Shown one piece after another: positions 19,152-29,466 of a DNA stretch of 64,000 nucleotides (positions are counted from its first letter, which is position 1; each line of letters starts with the position of its first letter). The notes beneath the pieces were generated by a model. The model had not been told where the DNA came from. It saw only the letters and a list, made by a program, of their open reading frames with translations, and made no database searches. The stretch spans positions 21,253 through 85,252 of the forward strand of contig CAYWKL010000001.1 in assembly GCA_964459095.1 (NCBI GenBank), read 5' to 3'. Position numbers and translations under genes: made by a program. This stretch comes from an uncultured Gammaproteobacteria bacterium (GTDB lineage Bacteria > Patescibacteriota > Microgenomatia > Daviesbacterales > UBA10151).

Positions 19152-20169
19152 ACTTATAAACCTCAATTGTTTCTTCTGTGCATCTGCTCCATGAGAATCT
19201 CTTAATATTCTCAAACCCCTTTTGTACGAGCTTCTTTGCAAGTCTTGGATCGCCTAAAAGTTTTCTTATCCCCTCTTCAATTGAGGAGGGATTGTATGGA
19301 TTAACATAAATTACACCTTCTCCTCCTACCTCTTTCATAGCTGATATTGGGCTTGTAATAACTGGAGTTCCGCAAGCTTGTGATTCAACAATAGGTAACC
19401 CAAACCCTTCATAAAATGATGCAAGAATAGTTATCTTTGCAAGATTAATTGTGCAGACCAAATCTTCAGTCGGCATAAATCCTTTAAGGTGTATTAATGG
19501 ACTTTCTTTAAACCTATCAAGAAACTTCTTATAAGAAGATAACTCTTTGTGTTCTGAAATTGTAGTAGTGAAACTGTTTCCTATCATTACTAAGTTAACG
19601 TTTGCCGACTCCGCGGCTTCTGCAATCCCATAAAGATTTTTATTCCAATTTATATCCCCATAATAAACAATGAATTCTGAAGGAAGGTTATATTTTTTTG
19701 AAACATTATCTAATTTATTTTGGCCCTCTATTTTAGTGAATTCTCTAGAAGGGGCAAGGTATATCGGAAATACCTTTTCTTCCTTTACTGACAATTTTTT
19801 TTCAATATCTTTTTTTGAGGAATAAGAATCTGTGATTATGCAGCTAACTTGTCTTAAAGATAGTTTCTGTCTTAAGAGATTAATGCCTCCTTTTATACCT
19901 TTGGGATAATGCTCTGGGAAGAGTAATGGAATCACATCATGTATTGTCACAACAATAGGGAAGTTTTTAAAAAGAGGCAGAGTGTGATTGAAAAAATCAA
20001 AGGTTGGGTAATGAACAAGATCAACTCTTCCTAGAGCAGACAAGTCCTCAAATTCAATTACTGAAATTTTTTTCTTTCTCAAATTTAGAATGAGATTTCT
20101 TGTATAGTTACCTATTCCTCTTTTATCATGACCCTCTTTTAAATTTCTAATACTTATACCAACTTTCAT
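19135..20169 (-). CDS. GT4-family glycosyltransferase
   Basis: 'EGFGLPIVESQACGTPVITS' E-x7-E motif. Confidence 0.85.
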   Translation of the reverse strand: MKVGISIRNLKEGHDKRGIGNYTRNLILNLRKKKISVIEFEDLSALGRVDLVHYPTFDFFNHTLPLFKNFPIVVTIHDVIPLLFPEHYPKGIKGGINLLRQKLSLRQVSCIITDSYSSKKDIEKKLSVKEEKVFPIYLAPSREFTKIEGQNKLDNVSKKYNLPSEFIVYYGDINWNKNLYGIAEAAESANVNLVMIGNSFTTTISEHKELSSYKKFLDRFKESPLIHLKGFMPTEDLVCTINLAKITILASFYEGFGLPIVESQACGTPVITSPISAMKEVGGEGVIYVNPYNPSSIEEGIRKLLGDPRLAKKLVQKGFENIKRFSWSRCTEETIEVYKYALGD

Positions 20170-21041
20170 TGTCTTAAATATCTGTAGTATGCCCTTGGGA
20201 ATCTTAATGAGGAAAAAAAAGAAAAAATAATTCCAGGAACTCCATCTAAAATCCCTTTATGCCTTATTAAAGTCATAAAAAACCAAACAGATGGTTTAAT
20301 TAAAAAGTAGTTAATTCCTTCAAAAATATTTTTTTGAACATGTTCACGAATAAGTTCATCTTTAATTAAATTTACATACCTAGAATTCCTATCAAGATAT
20401 CTTTTAAAGGTTGGGTCTGCAATATGAAGTAAGTCATTTTCTAACCAACCCACCTTTCCATTCACTACAATTTGCTCATGTACGCTTTTGCAAGGAAAGT
20501 ATGCTTTTCCTTTTTTTACCAACCTTATTACTCCATCCGGATAAACACCTCCGTACTTTAGAAAGCTTCCAAGAAAATAGTTTAGACGCGGTATAAAAAA
20601 TGCACAATATTCTTTAGTATCTTTGCCTATATTTCCATCTCTTTTCTCAAGCAAGGCTACATGTTCCCTGAATAATTTTCTTTTTTTTAATCCTTTCTCG
20701 TATTGATCAACTTCCTCATCTTTCATATTCAAAACCAAAATTATCTCTTTTCCTAAGGACTCAGTAACTCTTTCATCCGCATCAAGTTGCAGAATCCACT
20801 CATTAGTGGCTGCATCAAGTGCTTTTTGTTTGTTTATATGAAATATTGGTGGGTTTTCAGTCTCAATGATTTTTGCATTAAATTTCCTAGCAATTTCAAG
20901 AGTATGATCGCTAGATCCTCCATCAACAACAACGACTTCTGAGGCTATATTTTTTACTGAGCTCAAACATTCCTCTAGTGTTTTTTCTTCATTATAAACA
21001 GCAAGCACAATTGATAAATTTTTCATATTATTTAGCTGCAA
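20166..21041 (-). CDS. GT2-family glycosyltransferase (KdtX/WaaE-like)
   Basis: 'LSIVLAVYNEEKTLEECL…VVVVDGGSSDHTLEIA…QLDADERV'. Confidence 0.8.
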   Translation of the reverse strand: MQLNNMKNLSIVLAVYNEEKTLEECLSSVKNIASEVVVVDGGSSDHTLEIARKFNAKIIETENPPIFHINKQKALDAATNEWILQLDADERVTESLGKEIILVLNMKDEEVDQYEKGLKKRKLFREHVALLEKRDGNIGKDTKEYCAFFIPRLNYFLGSFLKYGGVYPDGVIRLVKKGKAYFPCKSVHEQIVVNGKVGWLENDLLHIADPTFKRYLDRNSRYVNLIKDELIREHVQKNIFEGINYFLIKPSVWFFMTLIRHKGILDGVPGIIFSFFSSLRFPRAYYRYLRQ

Positions 21042-22647
21042 TTAAATAAAAAGCCGTACCACCATCTGGAAAATAAACTATTTTCTTAATTTCAAAATCA
21101 TTTATGTATCTTAATCCATCATACTGACTTGAAGTAACTACATAAAGCCTTGCTGGTTGAGGAAAAACCTCAATTGGTTCCCAGTACTCAAATATATATC
21201 TGTCAAACGCGGAAACTAGATTAAAACTCCTAGTGTGTGAATTATTATACTCGACTTCTTTAACATATTCCTCTAATGGCTTTTTTGTATAGAAAAGGAA
21301 AAAAATATAAGGTTGTGATCTTACGTTGGTCATATAAACTTCTTTGTATTCTGGGTGTTTTTGTACATATTCAACAATTTGCTTCATACCATATTGCCAA
21401 TCTATAGCATACCTTTTTGCATATTCTGAATAATATTTTTGGCAATATTGATTAAAGTTCAAAAGAAAGAAGAATAAAAGTATAAAGCCTGTGATTATCT
21501 GAACCCAGCCCAATTTAGAAATGGTTAGGAACCTATAAATTCCGTAAGCCTCAATTATTTGCCAACTACCTAGAGAAAACATAGCTCTTGCCGCATGAGG
21601 TACTTCTGTACTAAATGAGGCAGCAAGGGGTGCAAGTATCGCTACAATTAAAATCACTAAGCCTGTTTTTTTTCTCGATAATAAAATTAGCACCGAACCC
21701 AAAATTAAAAAGGGTAGATCTAGCAAATAAAATTCTCCTGTTACTCGTGAGGATAATCTTGGATTTTTATCCCCATTTTTAAAAAGATAGTCGTAAGAAA
21801 AGTGTGATAAATAATTACTTAGAACTACGTTTACTTTTCCTAAACTTAAATTCTCGGTTTTAGAGAAAATATAAGTTTTTTTGGCTAAATCATCAGGTAT
21901 TAAGGTTTGCTTTGCTCGCGAAATTCCTAAAAGAGCTGGGTTAAAAAATACTACTCCTCCAATCAAAAATATTAAGATTAAACCAATTAATAAATCAGTC
22001 CTTTTGCTTTTTAGCTCATTGTAAAAAAGTACAAAAAGTAAAATTAAAACAATAGGGACAATAATTTTGGGACTATGATAACTTAAAAAGGTAACCCCAA
22101 AAGTAAGAAAAGAGAGCCCTAAAAATCCATTTTTTTTATCAAGGCCTTTAAAAAATAAATAAAGACTAAGCAGGAAAAAGAAAACTGTGAAGTTTAACTC
22201 ATGATTAAATCTTGAAAAATGAATAGCATATGGCGAGATGGCTAGCAGAAATGATGCTATTAGCCCTATTAAATTATTTTTAAAGACAACTCTTCCAAGA
22301 AAGAAAATTATTAAAACATTTAATGTCCCAAAAAATACTGAGGGCAATCTAACGCTAAGTTCTGAAAGCCCAAGGATCTTTACAAAAATAGCAGTTAAAT
22401 AAATATGAACAGGGTGCTTGTCATCCAAAAAGGAAATAAAATATGCTGGGAAGAAATTCCCTCTCTCATCTCTTCCATAACTCGCGATTGTCCATGCATT
22501 ATAACCTACTGCAGCCTCATCCCAGGAAATAGATGGAGGTACCTCTGTAATTTTATAAATCCTTACAATACCAGCAAAAGCAATAATAAGTATTAAAATA
22601 AACCAAACTTTATACTTAAAAACTTGTTCTAATTTATTCATATACAC
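21028..22647 (-). CDS. GT-C glycosyltransferase, PMT/ArnT-like (GT39/GT83-type), paralog 1
   Basis: N-terminal TM, then 'PPSISWDEAAVGYNAWTIASYGRDERGNFFP' (loop-1 DE motif). More than 10 helices. Soluble C-terminal domain. Confidence 0.7.
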   Translation of the reverse strand: MYMNKLEQVFKYKVWFILILIIAFAGIVRIYKITEVPPSISWDEAAVGYNAWTIASYGRDERGNFFPAYFISFLDDKHPVHIYLTAIFVKILGLSELSVRLPSVFFGTLNVLIIFFLGRVVFKNNLIGLIASFLLAISPYAIHFSRFNHELNFTVFFFLLSLYLFFKGLDKKNGFLGLSFLTFGVTFLSYHSPKIIVPIVLILLFVLFYNELKSKRTDLLIGLILIFLIGGVVFFNPALLGISRAKQTLIPDDLAKKTYIFSKTENLSLGKVNVVLSNYLSHFSYDYLFKNGDKNPRLSSRVTGEFYLLDLPFLILGSVLILLSRKKTGLVILIVAILAPLAASFSTEVPHAARAMFSLGSWQIIEAYGIYRFLTISKLGWVQIITGFILLFFFLLNFNQYCQKYYSEYAKRYAIDWQYGMKQIVEYVQKHPEYKEVYMTNVRSQPYIFFLFYTKKPLEEYVKEVEYNNSHTRSFNLVSAFDRYIFEYWEPIEVFPQPARLYVVTSSQYDGLRYINDFEIKKIVYFPDGGTAFYLIAAK

Positions 22648-24157
22648 TAAATATTGCTTTTCCGGAGAGATCTTTTATAGTTTTTGTCTTTTCTCTACTA
22701 CCAACGTATTCCCCTGGTTTAGCAAATATAATTAGTTTCTTGTCTTTCTCGTTTTCTAATTCACTCAAGTTAAAGGAGAAGTTATTAAAGCTTTTGACTA
22801 AAGAATGTCCCCATTTATCTGGAGGATTATATTCAACTGTTTTTTGGAACTTATCAGGAGGAAACTCTAAATAGTATAAAGCAAATATATAAGGTTGCCC
22901 TAAATAATCAGATATGAAGACTTTATCGTATTTTCTTAAATCAATACTCCCTTTAAATATTTCTTTATAAGGGTATTGCCAATCTAAAGAGGATCTTAAG
23001 TTGTAGTTTTTAATAAAATCATAAAAATAGGCGAAGAAAAAGATAGCATAAAAAAACAATACAACGCAGTAGAAAAATCTTAACTTGAAAGCATCCTTTA
23101 AATAAACAATTCCATAAGCAGTAATGATAGATATAAATGGTATAAATAAAATAGCCCTTAGGGCATGAGGCGATTCTTTGCTGATTGCCGCAGGAATTAA
23201 ACTCAAAAATAATATATAGAAAATTACACCTGACTTTTTTTGTTTTTGCTTAAGGACCGCAAAAATTCCCACCGAAATAAAAATAATATCTAGCAAATAG
23301 AGCATCCCTCCAAACCCTGTGTGGCTTCTTAAGTTTTTGTCTCCATTTGTAAAAAGAAAGTCAGGGCTCAAATCTGATAAATAGTTGGAAGTGAAATTAT
23401 ATAATACATTTACTGGACTATCTCCCTGGCTTAAAATACTGGTAGTCTTAAATCTTGAAGTTTGCTCAACGACATTTAACTTAAATGCAGGATAAAAAGA
23501 TATAAGAAATAATAAAAGAAGCAAGGGTAAGTAAACCAAACTCTTTCTATTTAAATTTTTAAGCCAACTAATAAAAACCCATATAAGAAAAAGGGGAGTA
23601 ATTATTCTAAAACTGTTATAGCTGTAAATGCTCGGTATAAAGGCAAGGATTGTTACTAATTTTACTAAGAAAGAATTTTTGGAGTTCAAAAAAGAAAAAA
23701 ATCCAAGACAAAAAAATGCTATACCTGCTGTTGCCTCAAAACCCGCTCTGCTCACTATAAAAAACCAAGGAGATATGGACAATAAAAAGGAAGATAAGAG
23801 TCCTATTTTTTCTCCCTGTTTTGTAAATAGTTTCCGGCAAATTAAAATAATTAACATCATTGTTGCAAATGCATATAAACTTGCAGGAACTCTTACAGAC
23901 CATTCATTTAAGCCGAAAAGTTTTACAAAAAAGGCAACTGAGTAAATATAAACAGGTAATTTAAATTCACCAAATGCTCTAAAATGGACTGGTAAAAATT
24001 TACCCCACTCATCTTTTAGACTCTCTGATATAGAATAAGCATTATATCCAATGGATGCTTCGTCCCAGTACAAGGAGGCAGGTATTTGAGGTAAAAATAT
24101 TAATCTTGTTGAAAGAAAGAAGAGAGTTATTAAAAAAAATGCTATTTTTATTTTCAC
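22634..24157 (-). CDS. GT-C glycosyltransferase, PMT/ArnT-like, paralog 2
   Basis: 'PASLYWDEASIGYNAYSISESLKDEWGKFLP'. Same architecture as 21028..22647. Confidence 0.7.
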   Translation of the reverse strand: MKIKIAFFLITLFFLSTRLIFLPQIPASLYWDEASIGYNAYSISESLKDEWGKFLPVHFRAFGEFKLPVYIYSVAFFVKLFGLNEWSVRVPASLYAFATMMLIILICRKLFTKQGEKIGLLSSFLLSISPWFFIVSRAGFEATAGIAFFCLGFFSFLNSKNSFLVKLVTILAFIPSIYSYNSFRIITPLFLIWVFISWLKNLNRKSLVYLPLLLLLFLISFYPAFKLNVVEQTSRFKTTSILSQGDSPVNVLYNFTSNYLSDLSPDFLFTNGDKNLRSHTGFGGMLYLLDIIFISVGIFAVLKQKQKKSGVIFYILFLSLIPAAISKESPHALRAILFIPFISIITAYGIVYLKDAFKLRFFYCVVLFFYAIFFFAYFYDFIKNYNLRSSLDWQYPYKEIFKGSIDLRKYDKVFISDYLGQPYIFALYYLEFPPDKFQKTVEYNPPDKWGHSLVKSFNNFSFNLSELENEKDKKLIIFAKPGEYVGSREKTKTIKDLSGKAIFSVYE

Positions 24158-25807
24158 TTAATTTTCAACAATTTCAAAAGCTATATCTCCATTTAGAAAA
24201 TTTATAGTTTTAAGTTTTTCTTTTCTAGAAAAATCTCCATATTTACCAATAAAGAGGATTTTTTTATCTGGATACTTTTTTACAATATCTGCATATGTAG
24301 TCCCTTTATCAGCTAAATCAGGAAAATAGAACTTGTCAAAATTTAAAACTCTTATCCAATCGTAAGTTTCAAATCTATTTAAGTTAGGATCATTTTGAAA
24401 CTTACTTGGGTCATATTTAGAAAAAAATAAAGTAAACATGTGTGGCTCGCCGTAATGTCTAGAGAATACAATTAGGTCGTAGTTCTCTTTATTTCGATTT
24501 ATATAATCCACAACCTGTTTATAACCATACTGCCAATCCCTTGAATATCTTGTTGAGTACAAACCGTAGTAAAGATAAAAATAGTATCCAATAGAAATAA
24601 TGAGAATAAATATAGTAAAAAAAATAGATGCAAGAAATAGTCTGCTTTTTCTAAATATCCAACCAAAAAATATTGATAGACCATAGGCTGTAAGTACTGA
24701 ATAAGCTGGAGCTACAATAAGAGTCCTTAAAGCATGAGGGGTACTATCGTTTGTTACCGATACTGGAATAATTCCTAAAAGTATCCAAGAAAAAATAAAA
24801 AAAGCAAATCTCTCTCTTCTTTTTACAAGAAAATATACTCCTAATAAAATGAATGGTGCTTGAAAAAGAAAAAGTTCACCCATTCTCTGAACATGGTGTT
24901 GTTTATGAGGTGCTCCGCTAATAAACAAAAAGTCAGGTGTGAAGTGGGCTAAATAATTTGAAATGAAATATAAACTAACATACGTGACTCTGTTATGGAT
25001 TAAAACGGGGAGCGGATCAGGCAGATTTGAATTTCCTCTTGCTTCATTAATCCTGGGAACCAACCCTGGATCATCTGTGATACTTACGAGTTTATATCTA
25101 GCACTCCCTTCCCCACTTAAAACAAAAGGGATCATCGGAATCAAAAGAATAAAAAAAAGTACTAAACTTATTAAAAAATATTTTTTGTAATTTATTAAAT
25201 ATTTAAAATAAAATGTCCAGTTAGCTAAAAGAAATAGCGGAGTAAAAACTCTTGCGCTATTGTAGGTATACAAAGAGATTGCCAGCGGTATACTCGAGAC
25301 TACTAGGTATTTACTTTTAGAAAAACCTTTAATTAATAGCCAAAAACCCAAGAGGATCCAGAATATAGAGAAAGACGATTCAAAAGAAGCTCTTGTTAGG
25401 TGTATATGCCAAGGAGAGATACTTAATAAAAATGCAGAAATTAATCCTATTTCAAATTTTTTAAATAACTCTTTAGTGAGAAGAAAAATTAGTAAAACGC
25501 TAAGAGTCCCATAAACTACAGGTGTAATTCTAACACCAAGTTCATTTAACCCAAATATCCAAATTCCTGGAATTGAAAAATAAATTTGAACAGGAAGTTT
25601 GTACTCACCATAAGATTTAAAATGCAGTGGAAAAGATACTCCCCATTCGTCTTTTCCAGTCTTTAGAATTGAATAAGCATTGTATCCTATAGATACTTCA
25701 TCCCAGTTTAAAGACGGAGGAATCTCAGCAACTTTATATATTCTTAGAAATAAGGCTAAAAAAAGAATAAATGAAAGAAAAAATATTGTTATTTTGGTTC
25801 GTTGCAT
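24158..25807 (-). CDS. GT-C glycosyltransferase, PMT/ArnT-like, paralog 3
   Basis: 'PPSLNWDEVSIGYNAYSILKTGKDEWGVSFP'. Confidence 0.7.
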   Translation of the reverse strand: MQRTKITIFFLSFILFLALFLRIYKVAEIPPSLNWDEVSIGYNAYSILKTGKDEWGVSFPLHFKSYGEYKLPVQIYFSIPGIWIFGLNELGVRITPVVYGTLSVLLIFLLTKELFKKFEIGLISAFLLSISPWHIHLTRASFESSFSIFWILLGFWLLIKGFSKSKYLVVSSIPLAISLYTYNSARVFTPLFLLANWTFYFKYLINYKKYFLISLVLFFILLIPMIPFVLSGEGSARYKLVSITDDPGLVPRINEARGNSNLPDPLPVLIHNRVTYVSLYFISNYLAHFTPDFLFISGAPHKQHHVQRMGELFLFQAPFILLGVYFLVKRRERFAFFIFSWILLGIIPVSVTNDSTPHALRTLIVAPAYSVLTAYGLSIFFGWIFRKSRLFLASIFFTIFILIISIGYYFYLYYGLYSTRYSRDWQYGYKQVVDYINRNKENYDLIVFSRHYGEPHMFTLFFSKYDPSKFQNDPNLNRFETYDWIRVLNFDKFYFPDLADKGTTYADIVKKYPDKKILFIGKYGDFSRKEKLKTINFLNGDIAFEIVEN

Positions 25808-27378
25808 ATTTTAGAGGCATTTACTTTGTATGCAGTTAATCTATCATAACCGGAAATATCCTTGACTTCAAATTCATATTTGAGATTATGAATCCTTGCC
25901 TGAATATCTGATATTGCTACATTATCCCCTACTAACATGATCTTGCTTTTGCAATCAGCAATTTTCCAGTCAATTGGCTTAAACTTGATATTATTGACGG
26001 TATATATTTCATATACTTTCACGTCTTTCGAATAGTAGGGACTCTCAAGTTGAGAACGAAGCTCTTTTTGTAAATTTTTAGGGTCAAAACTGGTTAAATA
26101 TGCTAATCTTAATCCTGCACCAGGGTCTCGGGCTGAATCTATAATTATTTTGTAATCCTTGTATTTATTTAATTTTTGGAATAGGGAAAGGTAAACATTT
26201 CCATAATCTTTTGCCCGTTCATACTTAAATAAAATAAAATACGAGAAATAAAATGACACCAGGGATTGAATTACGATAAGGATTAATACCGCAAATCCTA
26301 TTTTGCCTGGAAAATATTTAATGATTTTAAAAAAACCTAAAGATATGATAAGTGCGAATATCCAAATAGATTCTAGAGCTCTGAGTGGATAATAACTGTC
26401 CCCAGTTAGCGCTGCAGAAACTGGAGTAATAATTATTAAGATTAAAACTAGCTTAAAAAATTTTTTGTTTAGTGACTCTCTTAAGCTTTTAATACCAAAA
26501 ATAAATGGAATAATAAATATCGTGTAAAAAACCCCAAGTGTTGGCGGCATTCTCCCGAGTGCTGATCCCAAGTCAAAGAACAAATTTCTAGGTGAAAAAT
26601 AGATTAAATATCTTTTTATAAATTCTCCCAAAAAAGAGTGTGTCGTTCCTAAATATCCGACCTCAACTAAACGCCTAGTTAAAGCTCCCGTTGTCAAAAG
26701 AAAAAGGTGCGGCATCATTAAAATGATAAACGCGAATAAACCTAAAATTAGTCCTTTTTTATGTTTAAGGAAATACTGTCTAAAAAGAAAAATGAAACTA
26801 GGTAGAAAGAGTAAGCTTATAATTCTCTCACTGTAGTAAGCATGAGTTGATAAAGCAAGAAGAGTTGTAGCAACCACAAAAAACCAAATTTTTCTTAAGG
26901 AAAGGGTAAAAAATAAAAGACTGCTAACAAAAAATAAAACTCCCAAATTCCCTTCAGCAACCAAACGGCTAAAATATATAGACCAGGGAGAAATCGCAAT
27001 AATAAGTGATGAGATAAGCGCTAGCTCTTGTCTTTTTTTAACGCTAAATAGCTCTAAGCTCAAAAAGTAAGTAATTAGAACCAACAACGTACCTGCTAGA
27101 GCAGAAACAGATCTTGCGGACTCTACTCTGTTTCCAAATATTGAAATTGGAATGGTTGCAAAATAAGTATATAACGGAGGCTGGTAGGACCCGAATGATC
27201 TAAAAAGTAAGGGGAAAGGTTGTCCATATCTATCTTTACCAGACTGCATTAGAGAAAACGCGTTATATCCATGTGACTCTTCATCCCTGTGGATTCCAGC
27301 AGGAATCTCTCCCAGCTTATAAAATCTCAGTGAAAAAGCAAGAATAAGTATAAACGACAAAAGGATTTTTGATTTCAT
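25789..27378 (-). CDS. GT-C glycosyltransferase, PMT/ArnT-like, paralog 4
   Basis: 'PAGIHRDEESHGYNAFSLMQSGKDRYGQPFP'. Confidence 0.7.
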   Translation of the reverse strand: MKSKILLSFILILAFSLRFYKLGEIPAGIHRDEESHGYNAFSLMQSGKDRYGQPFPLLFRSFGSYQPPLYTYFATIPISIFGNRVESARSVSALAGTLLVLITYFLSLELFSVKKRQELALISSLIIAISPWSIYFSRLVAEGNLGVLFFVSSLLFFTLSLRKIWFFVVATTLLALSTHAYYSERIISLLFLPSFIFLFRQYFLKHKKGLILGLFAFIILMMPHLFLLTTGALTRRLVEVGYLGTTHSFLGEFIKRYLIYFSPRNLFFDLGSALGRMPPTLGVFYTIFIIPFIFGIKSLRESLNKKFFKLVLILIIITPVSAALTGDSYYPLRALESIWIFALIISLGFFKIIKYFPGKIGFAVLILIVIQSLVSFYFSYFILFKYERAKDYGNVYLSLFQKLNKYKDYKIIIDSARDPGAGLRLAYLTSFDPKNLQKELRSQLESPYYSKDVKVYEIYTVNNIKFKPIDWKIADCKSKIMLVGDNVAISDIQARIHNLKYEFEVKDISGYDRLTAYKVNASKICNEPK

Positions 27379-27381
27379 AAT

Positions 27382-28029
27382 TTATGCAAAATATTTCTTA
27401 AAAGAACCTAGAGTATAAATTATCCCAAGACTAATAATAGAAACAATCACAGGAAAAAGCGCGATTGGTCCAAAATTATTTCCTATATCTGTAAGACCAG
27501 AAATCAATATAATTAGGGAAAAAGAAGCGGCTAGCCACTTATTAAGAAATGTGAGTAAGTAAAATGCTCCAACAAGTGCAAAGGGAAGAAAAAGTAATGG
27601 AAATTTAGAGGGAAAGTAGTTTTCGATGTCAAATAGCCTTGCTTCATTATTAAAATACTTAACCAAAGGAGGCCTTGTTTTGTTTATGTAGAAAACAAAA
27701 AGTCTATTACTTGCAAAATAAAAATCAAATTCCTTAAAAAAGTATTGATATCTATCTTTAATTTGAATTTCTTCAAGCTCTGAATTTCTAAAAATGCTTT
27801 GATCTGAAAAGTTATATAGTAAGTAACCCAAAAGAATTAAAAACAAACTACAGATCAAAAATACCCTGAATTTGGATATTTTTTTATTTACTAAGAAACT
27901 TAGTAAAGAATAGCTTAGTAGTAGGCTAGCTAGTCCTTGGAATAAATTAATTTTAAAGATCACAAAAAACCAAGATGTAAAAAAGCAAACTGTAATAACA
28001 AGAAGTACTAAAAAAAATTCTTTTCTCAT
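27382..28029 (-). CDS. Small integral membrane protein, function unknown
   Basis: Hydrophobic 215-aa ORF. The longest ORF (to 28101) overlaps upstream by 73 nt. The Met at 28029 gives a 1-nt stop/start overlap. Confidence 0.4.
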   Translation of the reverse strand: MRKEFFLVLLVITVCFFTSWFFVIFKINLFQGLASLLLSYSLLSFLVNKKISKFRVFLICSLFLILLGYLLYNFSDQSIFRNSELEEIQIKDRYQYFFKEFDFYFASNRLFVFYINKTRPPLVKYFNNEARLFDIENYFPSKFPLLFLPFALVGAFYLLTFLNKWLAASFSLIILISGLTDIGNNFGPIALFPVIVSIISLGIIYTLGSFKKYFA

Positions 28030-29450
28030 TAAATTACAAAAAGTCGCCAAATAAAGGGAAGATGCAGTTTTGAAAGGAATGTTTGAGGTCCTAAAATGCA
28101 CTCAGCTCCTTGACAAGAGATTTCATAATGAGAGTAAATATATTTAATATTAAAATAAAATCCTGTGATAATAACGAAGATTAATATTAATCTTATTAGA
28201 TTCTTTAAAAAGGAGGCTTTTAATATCTCGTTTATTATTGAAGGAAAAAGTAGAAAGCCCAAAGTCAACCTAAAACCCAGTGGCTGGATGTTTGGATTAA
28301 AGGCATTAACCAGTAAACTTCTTCCCCCAAGGAGCATACCAACTGCAATAAAAGAGGTAAAAAAATTTGCTTTTTTTATTAAATAAATAAGACCCCAACT
28401 TCCCATAATTGAAAGAAACGGAAAAAGAGGATACCTATACCAGGCAAGTAAATCACCTTCGCCTCCTGAAATCATAATTATAATAAGCCAATAAACAAAA
28501 CTAAAAGGGATTATTATTAGCTTTTTTGAAGGAGGAGAAAAAATAAAGTAAACTGCACAGAGTAGAGTAAAAACATACCAACTATCAGTAAGGGTTGTCC
28601 AGTCATAAGATGGAGAAGTAAAAAACCAAGCTAAACTTTTAAATCCAACTGGTCTAAAAGATTGAACTGAAGTAATTTTCCAGAAGATTTCTGCATCGAA
28701 ATAAATCCCATATGCAAAGAAAATTAAAATAAAAGGGATTGTAGAAAAAAAAATATAAATTGCATTTCTTATCATTCTTTGTTCAAAAAGGATAAATAAT
28801 ACCAAGGGCATAATAAAAAAGCCTGTGGGTTTTGCAAGTCCTGCAACACCACAAAGAACTGGGATTGGAAGAAGATAAATCTTTTTTCTTTGGTCCTTAA
28901 ATTTTATTAATAAAAAAATTATAATTATTAAAGATAACGCAATTAGATTTTCAGGAACTGCCATTCTTGAACTTAAAACAAATATAGGAACAGTTCCATA
29001 AATCAACATAGATAGTATTCCAACCCAAAAGTAAGTTAATTTTTTGGCAACTAAAAAAATAAAAATTGAAGTAAGGGTAGAAATAAATATAACTGGAAAC
29101 CTTATAAATGCTGTGGGGATCCAATCTGTCCTATCAGCTTTATAAAAATGACCAAACCATCCCACTAAAAGAGAAAAAAGAGGTGGCTCATCAAGCCAAG
29201 GTTTATAAAGTGACACTCCCCCTTTTGGAAGTCCTCCTTTATAATCAATCGTTCCCCTAAAAACTTCTGCCTTTTTTGGATAATCCAGAGTTGACCAAGA
29301 AACGGGAACTCCGGTTTCAACAAGGTAAATCCCTGACCAACCATAGAGCATTTCCTCAAGATTTCCCATAAAAGGGGATCTTTCATAATTGTGCGCTCTT
29401 AAAATAAATGTAAATATAAATGCCAATAAAAATATCACAATTTTTATCAT
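28029..29450 (-). CDS. Polytopic membrane protein, divergent GT-C-like
   Basis: '…KPWLDEPPLFSLLVGWFGHFY' acidic loop motif. 'GLAKPTGFF'. About 11 helices. Confidence 0.45.
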   Translation of the reverse strand: MIKIVIFLLAFIFTFILRAHNYERSPFMGNLEEMLYGWSGIYLVETGVPVSWSTLDYPKKAEVFRGTIDYKGGLPKGGVSLYKPWLDEPPLFSLLVGWFGHFYKADRTDWIPTAFIRFPVIFISTLTSIFIFLVAKKLTYFWVGILSMLIYGTVPIFVLSSRMAVPENLIALSLIIIIFLLIKFKDQRKKIYLLPIPVLCGVAGLAKPTGFFIMPLVLFILFEQRMIRNAIYIFFSTIPFILIFFAYGIYFDAEIFWKITSVQSFRPVGFKSLAWFFTSPSYDWTTLTDSWYVFTLLCAVYFIFSPPSKKLIIIPFSFVYWLIIIMISGGEGDLLAWYRYPLFPFLSIMGSWGLIYLIKKANFFTSFIAVGMLLGGRSLLVNAFNPNIQPLGFRLTLGFLLFPSIINEILKASFLKNLIRLILIFVIITGFYFNIKYIYSHYEISCQGAECILGPQTFLSKLHLPFIWRLFVI

Positions 29451-29466
29451 TTTATTAATTTTATCT

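Noticed and set aside
19152-19241. Longer start (19241) for the PIG-V-like membrane protein
   Set aside because: It would overlap the upstream GT4 gene by 107 nt. The internal Met at 19151 gives a typical 17-nt overlap and begins just before the first TM helix.
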